Part shown: positions 28,564-38,948 of the stretch, in pieces | Numbering within the stretch: the stretch's first letter is position 1 | Layout of the letters: each line of letters opens with the position of its first letter | Virus record (IMG/VR): IMGVR_UViG_3300005542_000007 | Coordinates: 32,001-96,000 of that record | Length of the DNA stretch: 64,000 nt | Origin: a virus | Strand: one strand, 5' to 3' | Made by a program: the position numbers and the translations under genes | Notes under the pieces: generated by a model | The model's database searches: none | What the model saw: the letters and a program-made list of their open reading frames with translations, nothing else | Told to the model about the DNA's origin: nothing

Positions 28564-29346
28564 ATGGGTTCAGTAATCCCCCCAGAATTTGGAGTTCCCC
28601 TTACAGCCGATGAATTGATGTCTACGATTCCCACGTCGGTTTTGTACGGCGTGACCCCTTCAAACGAATTTATTCCAATTCAAATTACCAGTACTGGTGA
28701 GCTTGTTGTTGAAGCTACCTTTTCTGGTTCTATTACCATAGGTGAAGTGGGTGTCGATGACAAATCTTCTTTTACATACGGCACATCGTTAGAGCAGCCA
28801 GTTGGAGGTGTGTATCAAGATACGTCACCAACATTAACTGCGGGGCAAACCGGAGCCGCAAGACTTACACAGTATAGAGCCTTTCATGTAAATTTAAGAG
28901 ATTCAAATGGTGTAGAAATAACTCCTGCTACTCAAGTAACGTCATTAGCTATTCTCTCAGATTTAAATAAGTTTCAGTTTAGTAGTGGAGCTTTGATTGT
29001 AACCACGACAGGCGCAGCAGGAACTCCTGTAAATGTTTTCGCAGAAAATACCACAGTTCCTTCATCCATTTTAACGGCTATTTTAAGTTACACAGTTCCT
29101 GCCGGAAAAACCTTAAGTATTACAGGGGTTTATGGTTGGGGACAAGCAGATGGAGAATTTGTAATCAAAGTAGACAGTGTTGTAGTTGGCGGTGGTTGGT
29201 CTTCTCCATCATTTCGTACTTTACATTTGGATTATATAGCTGCGCCAATACCTGCAACATCAGGACAAGTTGTAACAGTGAATGTTACACAATATCAAAC
29301 ATCAACACAAGATTTTAAAGCAAACTTATTGGGTACATTGAATTAA
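28564..29346 (+). CDS. Putative virion fibre/decoration protein
   Basis: Thr/Ser/Val-rich, PTLTAGQ..RLT repeat variant, C-terminal YTVPAGK beta-sandwich. Confidence 0.6.
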   Translation: MGSVIPPEFGVPLTADELMSTIPTSVLYGVTPSNEFIPIQITSTGELVVEATFSGSITIGEVGVDDKSSFTYGTSLEQPVGGVYQDTSPTLTAGQTGAARLTQYRAFHVNLRDSNGVEITPATQVTSLAILSDLNKFQFSSGALIVTTTGAAGTPVNVFAENTTVPSSILTAILSYTVPAGKTLSITGVYGWGQADGEFVIKVDSVVVGGGWSSPSFRTLHLDYIAAPIPATSGQVVTVNVTQYQTSTQDFKANLLGTLN

Positions 29347-29364
29347 AGATAAGAGGAGAAGAAG

Positions 29365-29562
29365 ATGGCAGACATAATGCCGAATTTAGAATTGAACAAG
29401 AAACGTTTAAGTGTTCATGTAACAGAGATGAAACTTCAACTAGAACGTCTCGATTTGCGTAAATTAGAAATTGCAGAAGAACTTAGAAAGATTGACGAAA
29501 ACATTAAAGCAACCAATTTGGATATTCAGAATACTCAAGATTCTATAGCGAAGATGAAGTAA
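29365..29562 (+). CDS. Small coiled-coil protein
   Basis: GAGGAG RBS; continuous heptad pattern. Confidence 0.6.
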   Translation: MADIMPNLELNKKRLSVHVTEMKLQLERLDLRKLEIAEELRKIDENIKATNLDIQNTQDSIAKMK

Positions 29563-29575
29563 TAGGAGAATTACA

Positions 29576-30376
29576 ATGGCAGATTTTGATGCACAACAAC
29601 CAGTAAGAACTACCGCAACAGAGTTTACAACAGAAATAGCTAATGCTGCTGGAACAACTATTAATCCAGCCGAGGATTATGCTCAAGGTTCTACCACTTC
29701 TGGACAGAATGGTGTTTTAGATCAGACTGCTACTACAACAGCCGCACCAACCTATACAACAGGCACAACCAATCCACTTTCTACAACAACGTCTGGAGAT
29801 TTGAGAACTGTTTCTAAACTTGAGGATGGATCTGGAAATTCCATATCTTCCACCAGCAGTTCATTAAATGTCAATGTTACCAATTTTCCTACAGATGCTG
29901 ATGCATATGCACAAGGATCTACAACTTCCGGTCAAGTAGGTAATTTGCCTCTAGGTGCCGCAACTACCTCCGCACCTACATATGTTACTGGAACTTCTAA
30001 TCCCCTATCTCTTGATACAAATGGAAATCTTCGCGTAGCTGTTGAAAATACCTCACCGACGCCAACTCCAGTTCTTACTTATTTTACAGATTCTGCTGTG
30101 GCAAGCGGCGCTACGACAACGCATTCTGTTGCAGGTCCGGTTACGTTGGATAAGATTGATTTTACAGCATCAGGTGAGATGAAAGGTACCGTTGCTATTG
30201 GTGTTACAAGCAGTGAAGTGACATATTGGAATGGTTTTAATAGCGCGTCTCATCAAGATTTTAGTTTTGTTTTGAATTTTCCTTATGTTATTCCTACAGG
30301 ATCGTCTGTGAAAGTTACTCTTAAAAATAGAGACACACAAGCACAAGATCTTTACGTTACTTTCTTTACCCATTAA
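29576..30376 (+). CDS. Putative virion fibre protein with QGSTTSGQ repeats
   Basis: Two AQGSTTSGQ.G...TT.APTY.TGT.NPLS..T.G.LR units. Confidence 0.65.
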   Translation: MADFDAQQPVRTTATEFTTEIANAAGTTINPAEDYAQGSTTSGQNGVLDQTATTTAAPTYTTGTTNPLSTTTSGDLRTVSKLEDGSGNSISSTSSSLNVNVTNFPTDADAYAQGSTTSGQVGNLPLGAATTSAPTYVTGTSNPLSLDTNGNLRVAVENTSPTPTPVLTYFTDSAVASGATTTHSVAGPVTLDKIDFTASGEMKGTVAIGVTSSEVTYWNGFNSASHQDFSFVLNFPYVIPTGSSVKVTLKNRDTQAQDLYVTFFTH

Positions 30377-30411
30377 TTAATTTAAGATAAGTTTTAAGCA
30401 AAGGATAAGAA

Positions 30412-31611
30412 ATGGCTGATTTACCTATTACGAGCGATGCGGGTGCAACGCCCATTGTCGTTAATGATCCGACTACGACAGCGAATGTTGCTAATGTAAA
30501 AGCAGCTTCCACTGCCGCTGTTGTAGGCGATAATTCGTTAGTAGTAGCTCTTTCTCCAAATTCTCCGGTACCTACTGGAACTAACAATATAGGAGTTACG
30601 GGAGTTGCACAAGGGTCAACAACTTCTGGAGAGCATGGGGATTTGATTCAGGGCGCTGTTACGACAGCAGCACCTTCATATTCCACAGGACAAACCAGCC
30701 CGCTGTCTTTGACCATTGTTGGTAATCTACGAGTAGATGGAAGTTCAGTTACTCAACCAGTATCTGGAACTGTTACAGCTAATCAAGGAACTGCTAATAC
30801 AGCGGCCAATAAGTGGCCAATCGAGATTGTGGATTCGGGTGGCGTTAATATAGCTACGGTCAATGCAACGAATGAGTTGCTTGTTACTGATACTGATTTA
30901 ACGTTGACTCAAGGGTCTACTACGTCTGGTCAATTGGGTCCATTAATACAAGGGGCAGTTACAACATCGGCTCCTACGTATGTAACGGCCCAAACTAATC
31001 CCTTATCTTTAACTACATCGGGAGATTTGAGAGTTGTTTCTAAAACCGAAGATGGTTCAGGAACCGCTATTACATCAACGGCACTAGATGCAAAGCAGGG
31101 AATAGATGTAAATTTAATTGCTTCTCCGAGCCAGTCTGCCGCGTCTTCCGGCCAGATTTATGTAACATCATTTGAATTTAATCTTCCAACAAATGGAACA
31201 GAATCTCCGGCAGTATATATTAAAAATCCAAGTGGGTCTGGAAAAACATTAATTTTAAAAATAATATCTGCTTCATGTGAAGATGCGACAAATGGAGCAG
31301 CAGTAATTCGTATATATGGAAATCCAACCACCTCCGCAAATGGAACATCGCAAACAATTTCATCAACAAGTATTGGTGGTGGAGCGGGTGCCTCAGCAAT
31401 GACAGCTTTTTCAGGACCTACAGCCTCCGCCAATGGTACAGTATTATTTGCAGTAAATACAGGATCTGGAAATGTAATTGAACCTGGGCATATGCCAATA
31501 GATTTCGATGGCTTAATTAGGGTAGCAGCAAATAACACTTTGTTAATTACTGGAGAACCACAAACTAATAACATGAACTATTCCTTTACAGTTATGTGGC
31601 AAGAGGTATAA
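30412..31611 (+). CDS. Putative virion fibre protein with QGSTTSG repeats
   Basis: Two repeat units plus C-terminal beta domain ending WQEV. Confidence 0.65.
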   Translation: MADLPITSDAGATPIVVNDPTTTANVANVKAASTAAVVGDNSLVVALSPNSPVPTGTNNIGVTGVAQGSTTSGEHGDLIQGAVTTAAPSYSTGQTSPLSLTIVGNLRVDGSSVTQPVSGTVTANQGTANTAANKWPIEIVDSGGVNIATVNATNELLVTDTDLTLTQGSTTSGQLGPLIQGAVTTSAPTYVTAQTNPLSLTTSGDLRVVSKTEDGSGTAITSTALDAKQGIDVNLIASPSQSAASSGQIYVTSFEFNLPTNGTESPAVYIKNPSGSGKTLILKIISASCEDATNGAAVIRIYGNPTTSANGTSQTISSTSIGGGAGASAMTAFSGPTASANGTVLFAVNTGSGNVIEPGHMPIDFDGLIRVAANNTLLITGEPQTNNMNYSFTVMWQEV

Positions 31612-31612
31612 T

Positions 31613-32152
31613 GTGGCGCAGAATTCATCTGGAATAATTACGGCATTAAATGGAACAATCGTTGTTCCAATAATTGGGGAAGCTTCCATAGTCTTTAATG
31701 TTACTGGAACATGGCAAGCAACATTAGGAGTTAAAGCTACTGTTGACGGCATAAATTGGTTTTCTATTCCAGGATTTATACTAGCTACACAATCCATTGC
31801 TTCGTCATTTTCTTCTAACCAAGCAGTAGCTATTAGTTGTTCTGGATTTTTGCAAGTACAATTGATTGCAACGTCTTTTACTTCTGGTACTATCAACGTA
31901 GCATGGGCAAGCAGTGGCGCAGGAACAAATGTTGTAAGTGTAACGGAAACTCTAAATATAGATGGTTCCCCAACAACCCAAATAGTTGATAATGATGGAA
32001 TTTTATTTAATACAGGTCTAGCTTTACATGTGACAGATTATCTAAATAGACAGATACAAGAACAAATGCTTTTAATGGCAGAGGCTAATTTATTATCCAC
32101 AGAATTAGCACGAGAAAAAACAAGCAGGTATAATTTTAAGGAGATACGCTAA
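31613..32152 (+). CDS. Putative virion structural protein
   Basis: Beta domain VFNVTGTW.ATLG..AT.DGINWFSI paralogous to middle of 33430 gene. Confidence 0.6.
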   Translation: MAQNSSGIITALNGTIVVPIIGEASIVFNVTGTWQATLGVKATVDGINWFSIPGFILATQSIASSFSSNQAVAISCSGFLQVQLIATSFTSGTINVAWASSGAGTNVVSVTETLNIDGSPTTQIVDNDGILFNTGLALHVTDYLNRQIQEQMLLMAEANLLSTELAREKTSRYNFKEIR

Positions 32153-32153
32153 A

Positions 32154-32807
32154 ATGCTATCAGAAATTAGAACAGGTGTAATTGTAACATCGAACGGAGC
32201 CGTAAACCCATCAAGAAGTGACAAAACAGGCGCATTGGTTGTGACAGATGGACATGGGCATTGGTCAGAAGCGGCCTCACAGCAAAAATTGTTTACTGCA
32301 ATTCTTTCTCAAGGGACCACCACTGTCGCAGCGGGTAACATTGTAGGCGCAGCGGCAGCAGCTTCTACTCAATTTGCTGTTTGGAATCCTTTGGGGTCTT
32401 CTGTAAACTTAGTGCTTCAAAAGCTAAGAATTCAGCAATACTCGGGAACTCCCACAGCCGGAGGTTTGACACTTTCTTATTTTAATGCTTCTGGTGTTGC
32501 TACATTTTTATCTACTTCTGGAGCCGTTCACAGTAATTACATTAATGGACCTTTGGGGCAAGGTGTATGTTTGGCCTCTGCTGCGGGTGCAGCATTGACT
32601 GGCGGATCAGCACTAACGACACTTTTAAATACAGGTTGGTCATCTTCTGCAACAGCATTAGCGTCTCCTGCTGGTATTGGATATGTGGAAAACTTCGATG
32701 GTGAAGTTGTTGTTCCTCCTGGTTTTGGCGTAGTGCCTACATGGGCAGGAGCAGGAACTACTTATCTCGTTGGTTATAGTTTAACATGGGAAGAAGTTAA
32801 TTTTTAA
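32154..32807 (+). CDS. Putative virion structural protein
   Basis: AAGGAG RBS; WNP.GS..NL motif; ends WEEVNF. Confidence 0.6.
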   Translation: MLSEIRTGVIVTSNGAVNPSRSDKTGALVVTDGHGHWSEAASQQKLFTAILSQGTTTVAAGNIVGAAAAASTQFAVWNPLGSSVNLVLQKLRIQQYSGTPTAGGLTLSYFNASGVATFLSTSGAVHSNYINGPLGQGVCLASAAGAALTGGSALTTLLNTGWSSSATALASPAGIGYVENFDGEVVVPPGFGVVPTWAGAGTTYLVGYSLTWEEVNF

Positions 32808-32823
32808 TGGAGGTTAATTTCTA

Positions 32824-33426
32824 ATGGGTGGACCTTTAGATCCTGAATTTTCTGCCATAACAGATAATAATGGAGATGTTTTAAATGTTAACCCTAACGG
32901 GTCCATTTCTAGCTCTCCTCTTGATGGAACTAAAAATACATATTCTTTATGTACCTCCGCCATAAGTCCCCCAACCACTGCTACAGATATTTTTCTAATT
33001 CAGGGGAGTAAAACGAAAGTAATTAGGGTTTTACGAATTGAAGTTACTGGCACACAAACTACGGCAGGACAAGTGCTACTCATATTGATAAAGAGGCTCA
33101 TTGCAAATACTGGAGGTACTGCTTCTACTTATCTTAATTGGCCTGGACACGATAGTGAAAATCCTCCAGCAACTGCTACGGTATTACAATATTCGGCTAA
33201 CCCAGTAATCACTGCTGGCGCTTTTTTGTTTGTAAGACAAAATACAACATTTATTCCAGCAGCACTTTCTGTTGCTGCTACTGTTCCTACGGTATGGACT
33301 TTTGGAGATAGGCCAGGACAAGCTATAGTGCTCCGAGGCGTAAATGAGCAGTTGGCTATAAATTTAAATTCTGTAACTATTACTGGTGGATCATTTCTAG
33401 TTAGTGTTGAATGGACAGAGGAATAA
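32824..33426 (+). CDS. Putative virion structural protein
   Basis: Paralogous to C-terminal domain of 33430 gene; ends WTEE. Confidence 0.6.
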   Translation: MGGPLDPEFSAITDNNGDVLNVNPNGSISSSPLDGTKNTYSLCTSAISPPTTATDIFLIQGSKTKVIRVLRIEVTGTQTTAGQVLLILIKRLIANTGGTASTYLNWPGHDSENPPATATVLQYSANPVITAGAFLFVRQNTTFIPAALSVAATVPTVWTFGDRPGQAIVLRGVNEQLAINLNSVTITGGSFLVSVEWTEE

Positions 33427-33429
33427 TAT

Positions 33430-34713
33430 ATGAAAGAAGTTGGCGTTGACTATTCAACATTTAAATCTCTAGTAACTAATAAAGGATTATTGACACAATA
33501 TGTTGATAATGGCAATCAATATTTTATTTTTGCCGCAGAAGCTGATATATCGTGGGAAACAGTTGTACAGAAAGATGGTGGAGCGAATCAAACCGATTTT
33601 GAAACTAATTACAAATCTACTGCCAACAAAGCTTTTGGTACGACAAAAAATAATACTGGAACTATAACGTCTTTGAATGGAACAGTCATAGCTCCAGTAC
33701 AGGGCAGTTCCACTATAGTTTTTAATGTTACAGGTACATGGTCTGCGACTCTTGGATTACAAGCAACAACAGATGGTATAAATTGGTTTAGTATATCTGG
33801 CTATGTTCCAACAAGTCAAGCTATTACATCATCGTTTTCGGTAAATCAGCCTGTCATCGTTAATTGTGGTGGATTTTATCAAGTTCAATTAATAGCTACT
33901 GCTTTTACATCTGGAACCATATCTGTTAATTGGGTTGCTAGTTCTGGCGATAATTCTTTACAAGTATATAGTACATCGGCACAGACGTTTATTGTTTGGG
34001 CACAATTGAAAGATGGGGTTGGGAATAATATTACTTCCCAAGTAAATGGAACCAAACAAGCTCTTGATGTAGGCATTGATGTGGCTGGTACGCAGATTGA
34101 TCCAAGATTGGTGGAAGGAGCCGTTACTACAAATCCACCTACCTACGCGACAGCCACCAATCAACCGCTATCTTTAAGTACTACTGGTGCGTTACGTACT
34201 GAACAACTTTTAAGTTCTAAACAATATTATGGAGTAAGTACTGGAGCCTTTACTCCTCCTTCTACCCCAACTGATGTAGCTATTATTACAGGCAGCGCCA
34301 CGAAAACTATTAGAATTACAAGATTGGAATTATCTACTACTCAAAGCACTGCTGGAATAAACACATGGTTCATTGTTGTTCGGTCGTCAGCAAATAGTGG
34401 AGGAACTTCAGCAACTCCAACTATAGTTCCGTTAGATTCTACTAATAATGCAGCAACCGCCGTAGTTAGGAGTTATACAGCAAATCCAAGTTCGCTTGGT
34501 TCGGCTGTTGGTACATTAAGGACCTCTAGGATTTTGTCTGACACTACCACTACTGTTTCCCAGCCAGCATATGTTTTTGATTTTACGAATTCTGGAATTA
34601 GCTCAGGAATTGTACTTCGTGGCACATCCCAGGTATTGGCTTTAAATTTTAATGGAGCGACCTTACCCCTTGGGTTGAGTGTTGCTTGCAATTTTGAATG
34701 GTCCGAAGAATAA
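33430..34713 (+). CDS. Mosaic virion structural protein
   Basis: Combines modules similar to those in 35109/36119, 31613, 30412 and 32824; ends WSEE. Confidence 0.65.
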   Translation: MKEVGVDYSTFKSLVTNKGLLTQYVDNGNQYFIFAAEADISWETVVQKDGGANQTDFETNYKSTANKAFGTTKNNTGTITSLNGTVIAPVQGSSTIVFNVTGTWSATLGLQATTDGINWFSISGYVPTSQAITSSFSVNQPVIVNCGGFYQVQLIATAFTSGTISVNWVASSGDNSLQVYSTSAQTFIVWAQLKDGVGNNITSQVNGTKQALDVGIDVAGTQIDPRLVEGAVTTNPPTYATATNQPLSLSTTGALRTEQLLSSKQYYGVSTGAFTPPSTPTDVAIITGSATKTIRITRLELSTTQSTAGINTWFIVVRSSANSGGTSATPTIVPLDSTNNAATAVVRSYTANPSSLGSAVGTLRTSRILSDTTTTVSQPAYVFDFTNSGISSGIVLRGTSQVLALNFNGATLPLGLSVACNFEWSEE

Positions 34714-34736
34714 AATTATATTGAAGGAGAAATATT

Positions 34737-35087
34737 GTGGCCGACCCAACGACTAATTTACATACAGGTACAGAAACTGCAAGTGGAACTAGCATTGCCT
34801 TTGGTCTTCCTACCAACCAAATAGTAGGAGTATTTGTAAATGTCTCTGCTGTTTCTGGTGTTTTACCAACTCTTGCTATTTCTGTAGAGCAGTCTCCCAA
34901 TGGAACTGATTGGTATAATATTCCAAATGCTTCAGGCACTGTTTCTTTTGCGGGTATTAATACTGTTGCACTTTTTAGCGTATTTCCTCCAACTGGTCAA
35001 CCCTGCTGTGATACTATACGATGTGCCTGGACGATTGGTGGAGTAAATCCAAGTTTTACTTTTACCGTGGATATTGTTAACTATTAA
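34737..35087 (+). CDS. Small beta-sandwich structural protein
   Basis: AAGGAG RBS, GTG start; VSG..PTL..SVEQSPNG.DWY..WTIGG..PSFTF. Confidence 0.6.
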   Translation: MADPTTNLHTGTETASGTSIAFGLPTNQIVGVFVNVSAVSGVLPTLAISVEQSPNGTDWYNIPNASGTVSFAGINTVALFSVFPPTGQPCCDTIRCAWTIGGVNPSFTFTVDIVNY

Positions 35088-35108
35088 TTTTATATAGGAT
35101 AAAAAATT

Positions 35109-35360
35109 ATGCAATTACAAATGTTGTCCCTCGCTTACGATCAATGGAAACAAATGCGAACTTTTTTAGCTGTTAATACCTATTACATAAAAGACAATAA
35201 AGAATATCGCCTTTTATTAATAGATTTTGGGCGTGGTTTTATTGCCACTTCTAATATTTCTTCGGCGGTAGACATAGTAGATTTTGAAGCGAATATAAAA
35301 AGTACGGCTATTTCATCGATTTCGGTAGATGCTGCGATAGCGGCTCAAATAATTGGATGA
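35109..35360 (+). CDS. Hypothetical protein
   Basis: Similar to N-terminus of 33430 (Y..W/FK...Y.D...Y....DFE.N.KS.A). Confidence 0.55.
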   Translation: MQLQMLSLAYDQWKQMRTFLAVNTYYIKDNKEYRLLLIDFGRGFIATSNISSAVDIVDFEANIKSTAISSISVDAAIAAQIIG

Positions 35361-35364
35361 GCTA

Positions 35365-35862
35365 ATGGTTACACAAGAAGACCTTCATCCTGGAGATTTA
35401 CTTTTATTTAAAGTGAAATCTTCTTCGTCTTTGGTCTCCAAATTCATCGGATGGGGACAAAAAGTTTTAGGACATGCACCAACAAAGAGCGAGTATTGCC
35501 ACGTTGCTTTAGTAGCTTTTGATCCAACGTATCTTATGGAAGCAAGATGGCCAAAAACAAGAATTTGGAAAATTGATTGGTCGTACCTAAATAAAGAATA
35601 TGATGTTCAATTGTTCAGAGTTAAAAATGTAACTCCAAGACAGCAATTAGATGCGATTCATTGGGCTGAAGATCATTTAGGTGAATGGTATGATTTGCCT
35701 GAATTGTTGGGTGGTTGGATAGCTTTTAAACATGCCCAAATATGCAGTACTTATGTTACCCAAGCAGAAAAGGCGGCGGGAATAATTTTTAAAACAGAAG
35801 AGAATGGGTTTATTACCCCAGATGAAGTAGCAGCAGATCCTCTAATTTGGAGAGTGAAATGA
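35365..35862 (+). CDS. Permuted papain-like NlpC/P60 (YiiX/YebB-like) enzyme
   Basis: PGDLLLF, YCHVAL (His), MEA, G.WYD, ICSTYV (Cys after His), ITP. Confidence 0.8.
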   Translation: MVTQEDLHPGDLLLFKVKSSSSLVSKFIGWGQKVLGHAPTKSEYCHVALVAFDPTYLMEARWPKTRIWKIDWSYLNKEYDVQLFRVKNVTPRQQLDAIHWAEDHLGEWYDLPELLGGWIAFKHAQICSTYVTQAEKAAGIIFKTEENGFITPDEVAADPLIWRVK

Positions 35863-36107
35863 TTAGAAAAGAACATGAAACAAAGAACGTCGAAGTAATC
35901 AAAGATGTTCTGTGTAATAAATGTGGTGCTAGTTGCAAGGCAATAGATTGTGATAATTTTAATTGTGCAGAACTGAAAGTTCATTGGGGATATGGAAGTA
36001 CCTACCACGATGGAGAAATTCACGAAGCTCATTTGTGCGAACAATGTTGGGAAGGTATTGTTAAAGAATTTAAGATACCAGATTTAGTGGTAGAGAATCA
36101 ATATTAA
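35859..36107 (+). CDS. Zinc-finger hypothetical protein
   Basis: CNKCG, WGYGS..DG, LCEQC; ATG at 35859. Confidence 0.6.
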   Translation: MIRKEHETKNVEVIKDVLCNKCGASCKAIDCDNFNCAELKVHWGYGSTYHDGEIHEAHLCEQCWEGIVKEFKIPDLVVENQY

Positions 36108-36118
36108 AGGAGTAAACA

Positions 36119-36382
36119 ATGGCAAATATTCAGATTTACAATTTAACATGGACCGAATGGGCAGCTAAAGGCGGTACCGCTTATTATATTGATTACGGAA
36201 CTTCCTATCAACTCTATAAGGTTGATAGCACTCTCGCCAATCAAATACTTTGGGCCACGCATATTTTTTATGCTCCACCATTGACTTCTACGCAGCAGAT
36301 TGATTTGACAGCTTTTCTAGCTATTAAAGCCGGGTCTACTCAAGTTGATAGCGTTGACGAGGTTGTGTCAGCGAATTTCTAA
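36119..36382 (+). CDS. Hypothetical protein
   Basis: AAGGAG RBS; distant paralogue of 35109. Confidence 0.55.
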   Translation: MANIQIYNLTWTEWAAKGGTAYYIDYGTSYQLYKVDSTLANQILWATHIFYAPPLTSTQQIDLTAFLAIKAGSTQVDSVDEVVSANF

Positions 36383-36394
36383 TAAGGATCTAAC

Positions 36395-37207
36395 ATGTCT
36401 TTAAATCTTCCAATAGCTCCTATCATTAGTGGGATTTCTCCAACAACATTTACAGTATCTACTGGAAATGATGGGAATCCTCCTGGGACATTTTATAGCT
36501 TTCGTGTAATCACGAACGGTCTTATTAATTATGTAACTAGTGCTGGCATTTTATCCTCGGCTAATATGTACAACAATCTCCAGACTATCACGGTTGTTAA
36601 CGTTGCACCATCTACACAGTTCATGCTTTCTGCTTCTGCGGCTCAAGATGCCCAGGGAACAAATTCTACGGCGTATGGACCGTTTACTACATTTGTTACT
36701 TTACCTGCCGGAGTAGCAACATCTGGACCTTTTACACCACAGCAGCAAATTATTATTGAACAAAGCAGATTGTTGATGCCGCAGAAGTTTAGTGTTAATT
36801 GTAGTGATGAACGTATTCTTGCATTTGCTGAGGTTGTATTGGCAGATATTAATTTATTTCCGCCTCTTCAAGGATTTACGACAGATACTTTAACCCCGGC
36901 AGCGCTGCCTCTTCTGTATTTTGGGATTAGCTTGATGGCAGAGTTGTTCTTTCAAATGTCGGCCACACTCCAAGACTTTAATTACAATGATAATGGACTT
37001 TCATTGAATATTGACCAAACCGGAAAAATTGCTCAGAGTTACCAAAATATGTTAGAGTTTTACCGCCACATGATTACCAATTTTAAGAAGACACAGATTT
37101 TTGCACAAGGAGCCTTTGGTATTTCAAGCCCCAGGTATCAATCGCAAATTGGGCAGTTTTTGAAAATTTCATTAGGTTCCAGTTTCAATTGGAATTCACC
37201 GTCGTAA
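36395..37207 (+). CDS. Putative head-tail adaptor (neck) protein with N-terminal FN3-like domain
   Basis: Helical C-terminal domain LADIN.FPP..F.YNDNGLSL.ID; N-terminus similar to 37785 gene. Confidence 0.6.
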   Translation: MSLNLPIAPIISGISPTTFTVSTGNDGNPPGTFYSFRVITNGLINYVTSAGILSSANMYNNLQTITVVNVAPSTQFMLSASAAQDAQGTNSTAYGPFTTFVTLPAGVATSGPFTPQQQIIIEQSRLLMPQKFSVNCSDERILAFAEVVLADINLFPPLQGFTTDTLTPAALPLLYFGISLMAELFFQMSATLQDFNYNDNGLSLNIDQTGKIAQSYQNMLEFYRHMITNFKKTQIFAQGAFGISSPRYQSQIGQFLKISLGSSFNWNSPS

Positions 37208-37230
37208 CATCCCAAACCCAGGAGTTGTCT

Positions 37231-37785
37231 ATGAACGATAAACTACCATTCAGTGAGGCCAGCGGCAAAAAGCCGTTACATGGCACTTACAAAGTATCTT
37301 TTACGATTAATATAGATGTGGAAGATAGGATTCTCGCTTCTGATTTTGGGTATTTTATTACCGATGGTTTTGGGGAAAATCTTGTGGAGAAAGTGGCCTC
37401 GCTTGACGTGGAGAAAATTTATAAAGTAGCTAAGGTGGAACTTAAACCTGGGGATTTAGTTTACTTAAGTCGAGATATTTCTGTTACAGCCACAGTTGTA
37501 AAAGATAATGGTGGTATTTATTGTGTGGGATCTGTTGGCCAACCAGTTTGTGAGAAATACACTTTGAACTTGCCTCGTGGTATTGTGGCAGAAGTGAATA
37601 AAGTAGCTGAAGGTCAAGCAGAACTTTTGGGCTTCGACAATGTTATTGAAGCGGCGTTTATCAATCCTGAAACAGATGAGCCTTTTTGGGAGAATGTACG
37701 AATTGATTTAATAGCTGTAGATTTAGATGCGGTAGAGAAGATTGAAAATACTCCGAAGCCTGTGGATGACGGGGAGGTAGCCTAA
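37231..37785 (+). CDS. Hypothetical protein
   Basis: AGGAG RBS before ATG 37231. Confidence 0.55.
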   Translation: MNDKLPFSEASGKKPLHGTYKVSFTINIDVEDRILASDFGYFITDGFGENLVEKVASLDVEKIYKVAKVELKPGDLVYLSRDISVTATVVKDNGGIYCVGSVGQPVCEKYTLNLPRGIVAEVNKVAEGQAELLGFDNVIEAAFINPETDEPFWENVRIDLIAVDLDAVEKIENTPKPVDDGEVA

Positions 37786-38939
37786 TGCCTTTAAATACTC
37801 CCGTAGCGCCAACAATTTCTGCTATAACCTCGTCTGGTTTTACTGCAACTAGAAATCCAGATGGAAATCCTGGAGGTACCTATTACCTTTGGATGATTTC
37901 ATATAATACTTCCACGTTTTATGCAGATGGAAGTGGAGGATTAAGCAGTACGCCAATTTTTCTCTTGGGGTCGTCCCAAAATGTATCAAGTATTCCTCCA
38001 AACACAACAGCTTCCGTTGCTTTAGAAGCTGCTCTTGATTCAAGTGGAGGAGGGCATACTGGTTTTGGTCCGGCAGTGGGTCCAACTACTTTGGCTACCG
38101 CACCTATAGCACAGCCTTACCAAGCTATTTTTTCAACAACCGTTACAGCCTTTTGGCTACCAAATGGTAATCCCAATGGGACACAATTTGATGTCCAATT
38201 GTCAACAGACCCAAGTTTTTCAATTGGAGTACTTGATTCTGGCTGGATTACAGCACCGACACATGAATTTACAAATCTTCTTCCCAGCACTATTTATTAC
38301 GGTCAGGTAAAAGCTCGAAATTCAATACTTGTAGAAACCTCCTTTACATCTTTAGGGCCAGTTACGACTCTTACTGGGCCCTCCAATGTTAGAGCTTTAC
38401 AAGTAACAAACCTGCTTGATAACAGAGGTTTCTTATTGCAATGGGCTCCAAATATTGAAAACAATATTGTCGCTTACAAAGTATACAGAAGCAGTTCTCC
38501 CACGGACATAAGTAGTTTTTCTTTAATTAATAGCACACCCGCGAATGTCACGTCATATATCGATAACGTTTCATTTACCTTTGGGTTGGTGTATTACTAC
38601 ATTGTAACTGCTTTGGACAACGGAGGAAACGAATCTTCTCTAGACACAGCCAATCCCACTCAGGATATGTCTTTTCATTCGTTCGAGGAACAGCCATTTC
38701 CTACTGTTATACTGTCTTCGGATGTAATTAACAATGAAACGCCAAGTGGGTTAGTGAACGGAGCGAATACTTTATTTACTACAGCATATCCGTACAAAAA
38801 TCAAACGCTTTCGGTTTATCTAAACGGAGTTAAATTAATGCTTACTGTGGATTATATTTTAACTCCTCCTCAGCAGTTTACTCTTTTAGCGGCTCCCCTT
38901 TCTACAGATTTTCTTCGTATTGAATACGTAAGATATTAA
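37785..38939 (+). CDS. Fibronectin type III repeat virion protein
   Basis: W..NGN..GTQF, LLPSTIYY.QVKARN, LQW..YKVYRS..YYYIVTALD..GNES; C-terminal ETPSG..NG.NT.FT..VYLNG module. Confidence 0.75.
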   Translation: MPLNTPVAPTISAITSSGFTATRNPDGNPGGTYYLWMISYNTSTFYADGSGGLSSTPIFLLGSSQNVSSIPPNTTASVALEAALDSSGGGHTGFGPAVGPTTLATAPIAQPYQAIFSTTVTAFWLPNGNPNGTQFDVQLSTDPSFSIGVLDSGWITAPTHEFTNLLPSTIYYGQVKARNSILVETSFTSLGPVTTLTGPSNVRALQVTNLLDNRGFLLQWAPNIENNIVAYKVYRSSSPTDISSFSLINSTPANVTSYIDNVSFTFGLVYYYIVTALDNGGNESSLDTANPTQDMSFHSFEEQPFPTVILSSDVINNETPSGLVNGANTLFTTAYPYKNQTLSVYLNGVKLMLTVDYILTPPQQFTLLAAPLSTDFLRIEYVRY

Positions 38940-38948
38940 GAGGTAATT

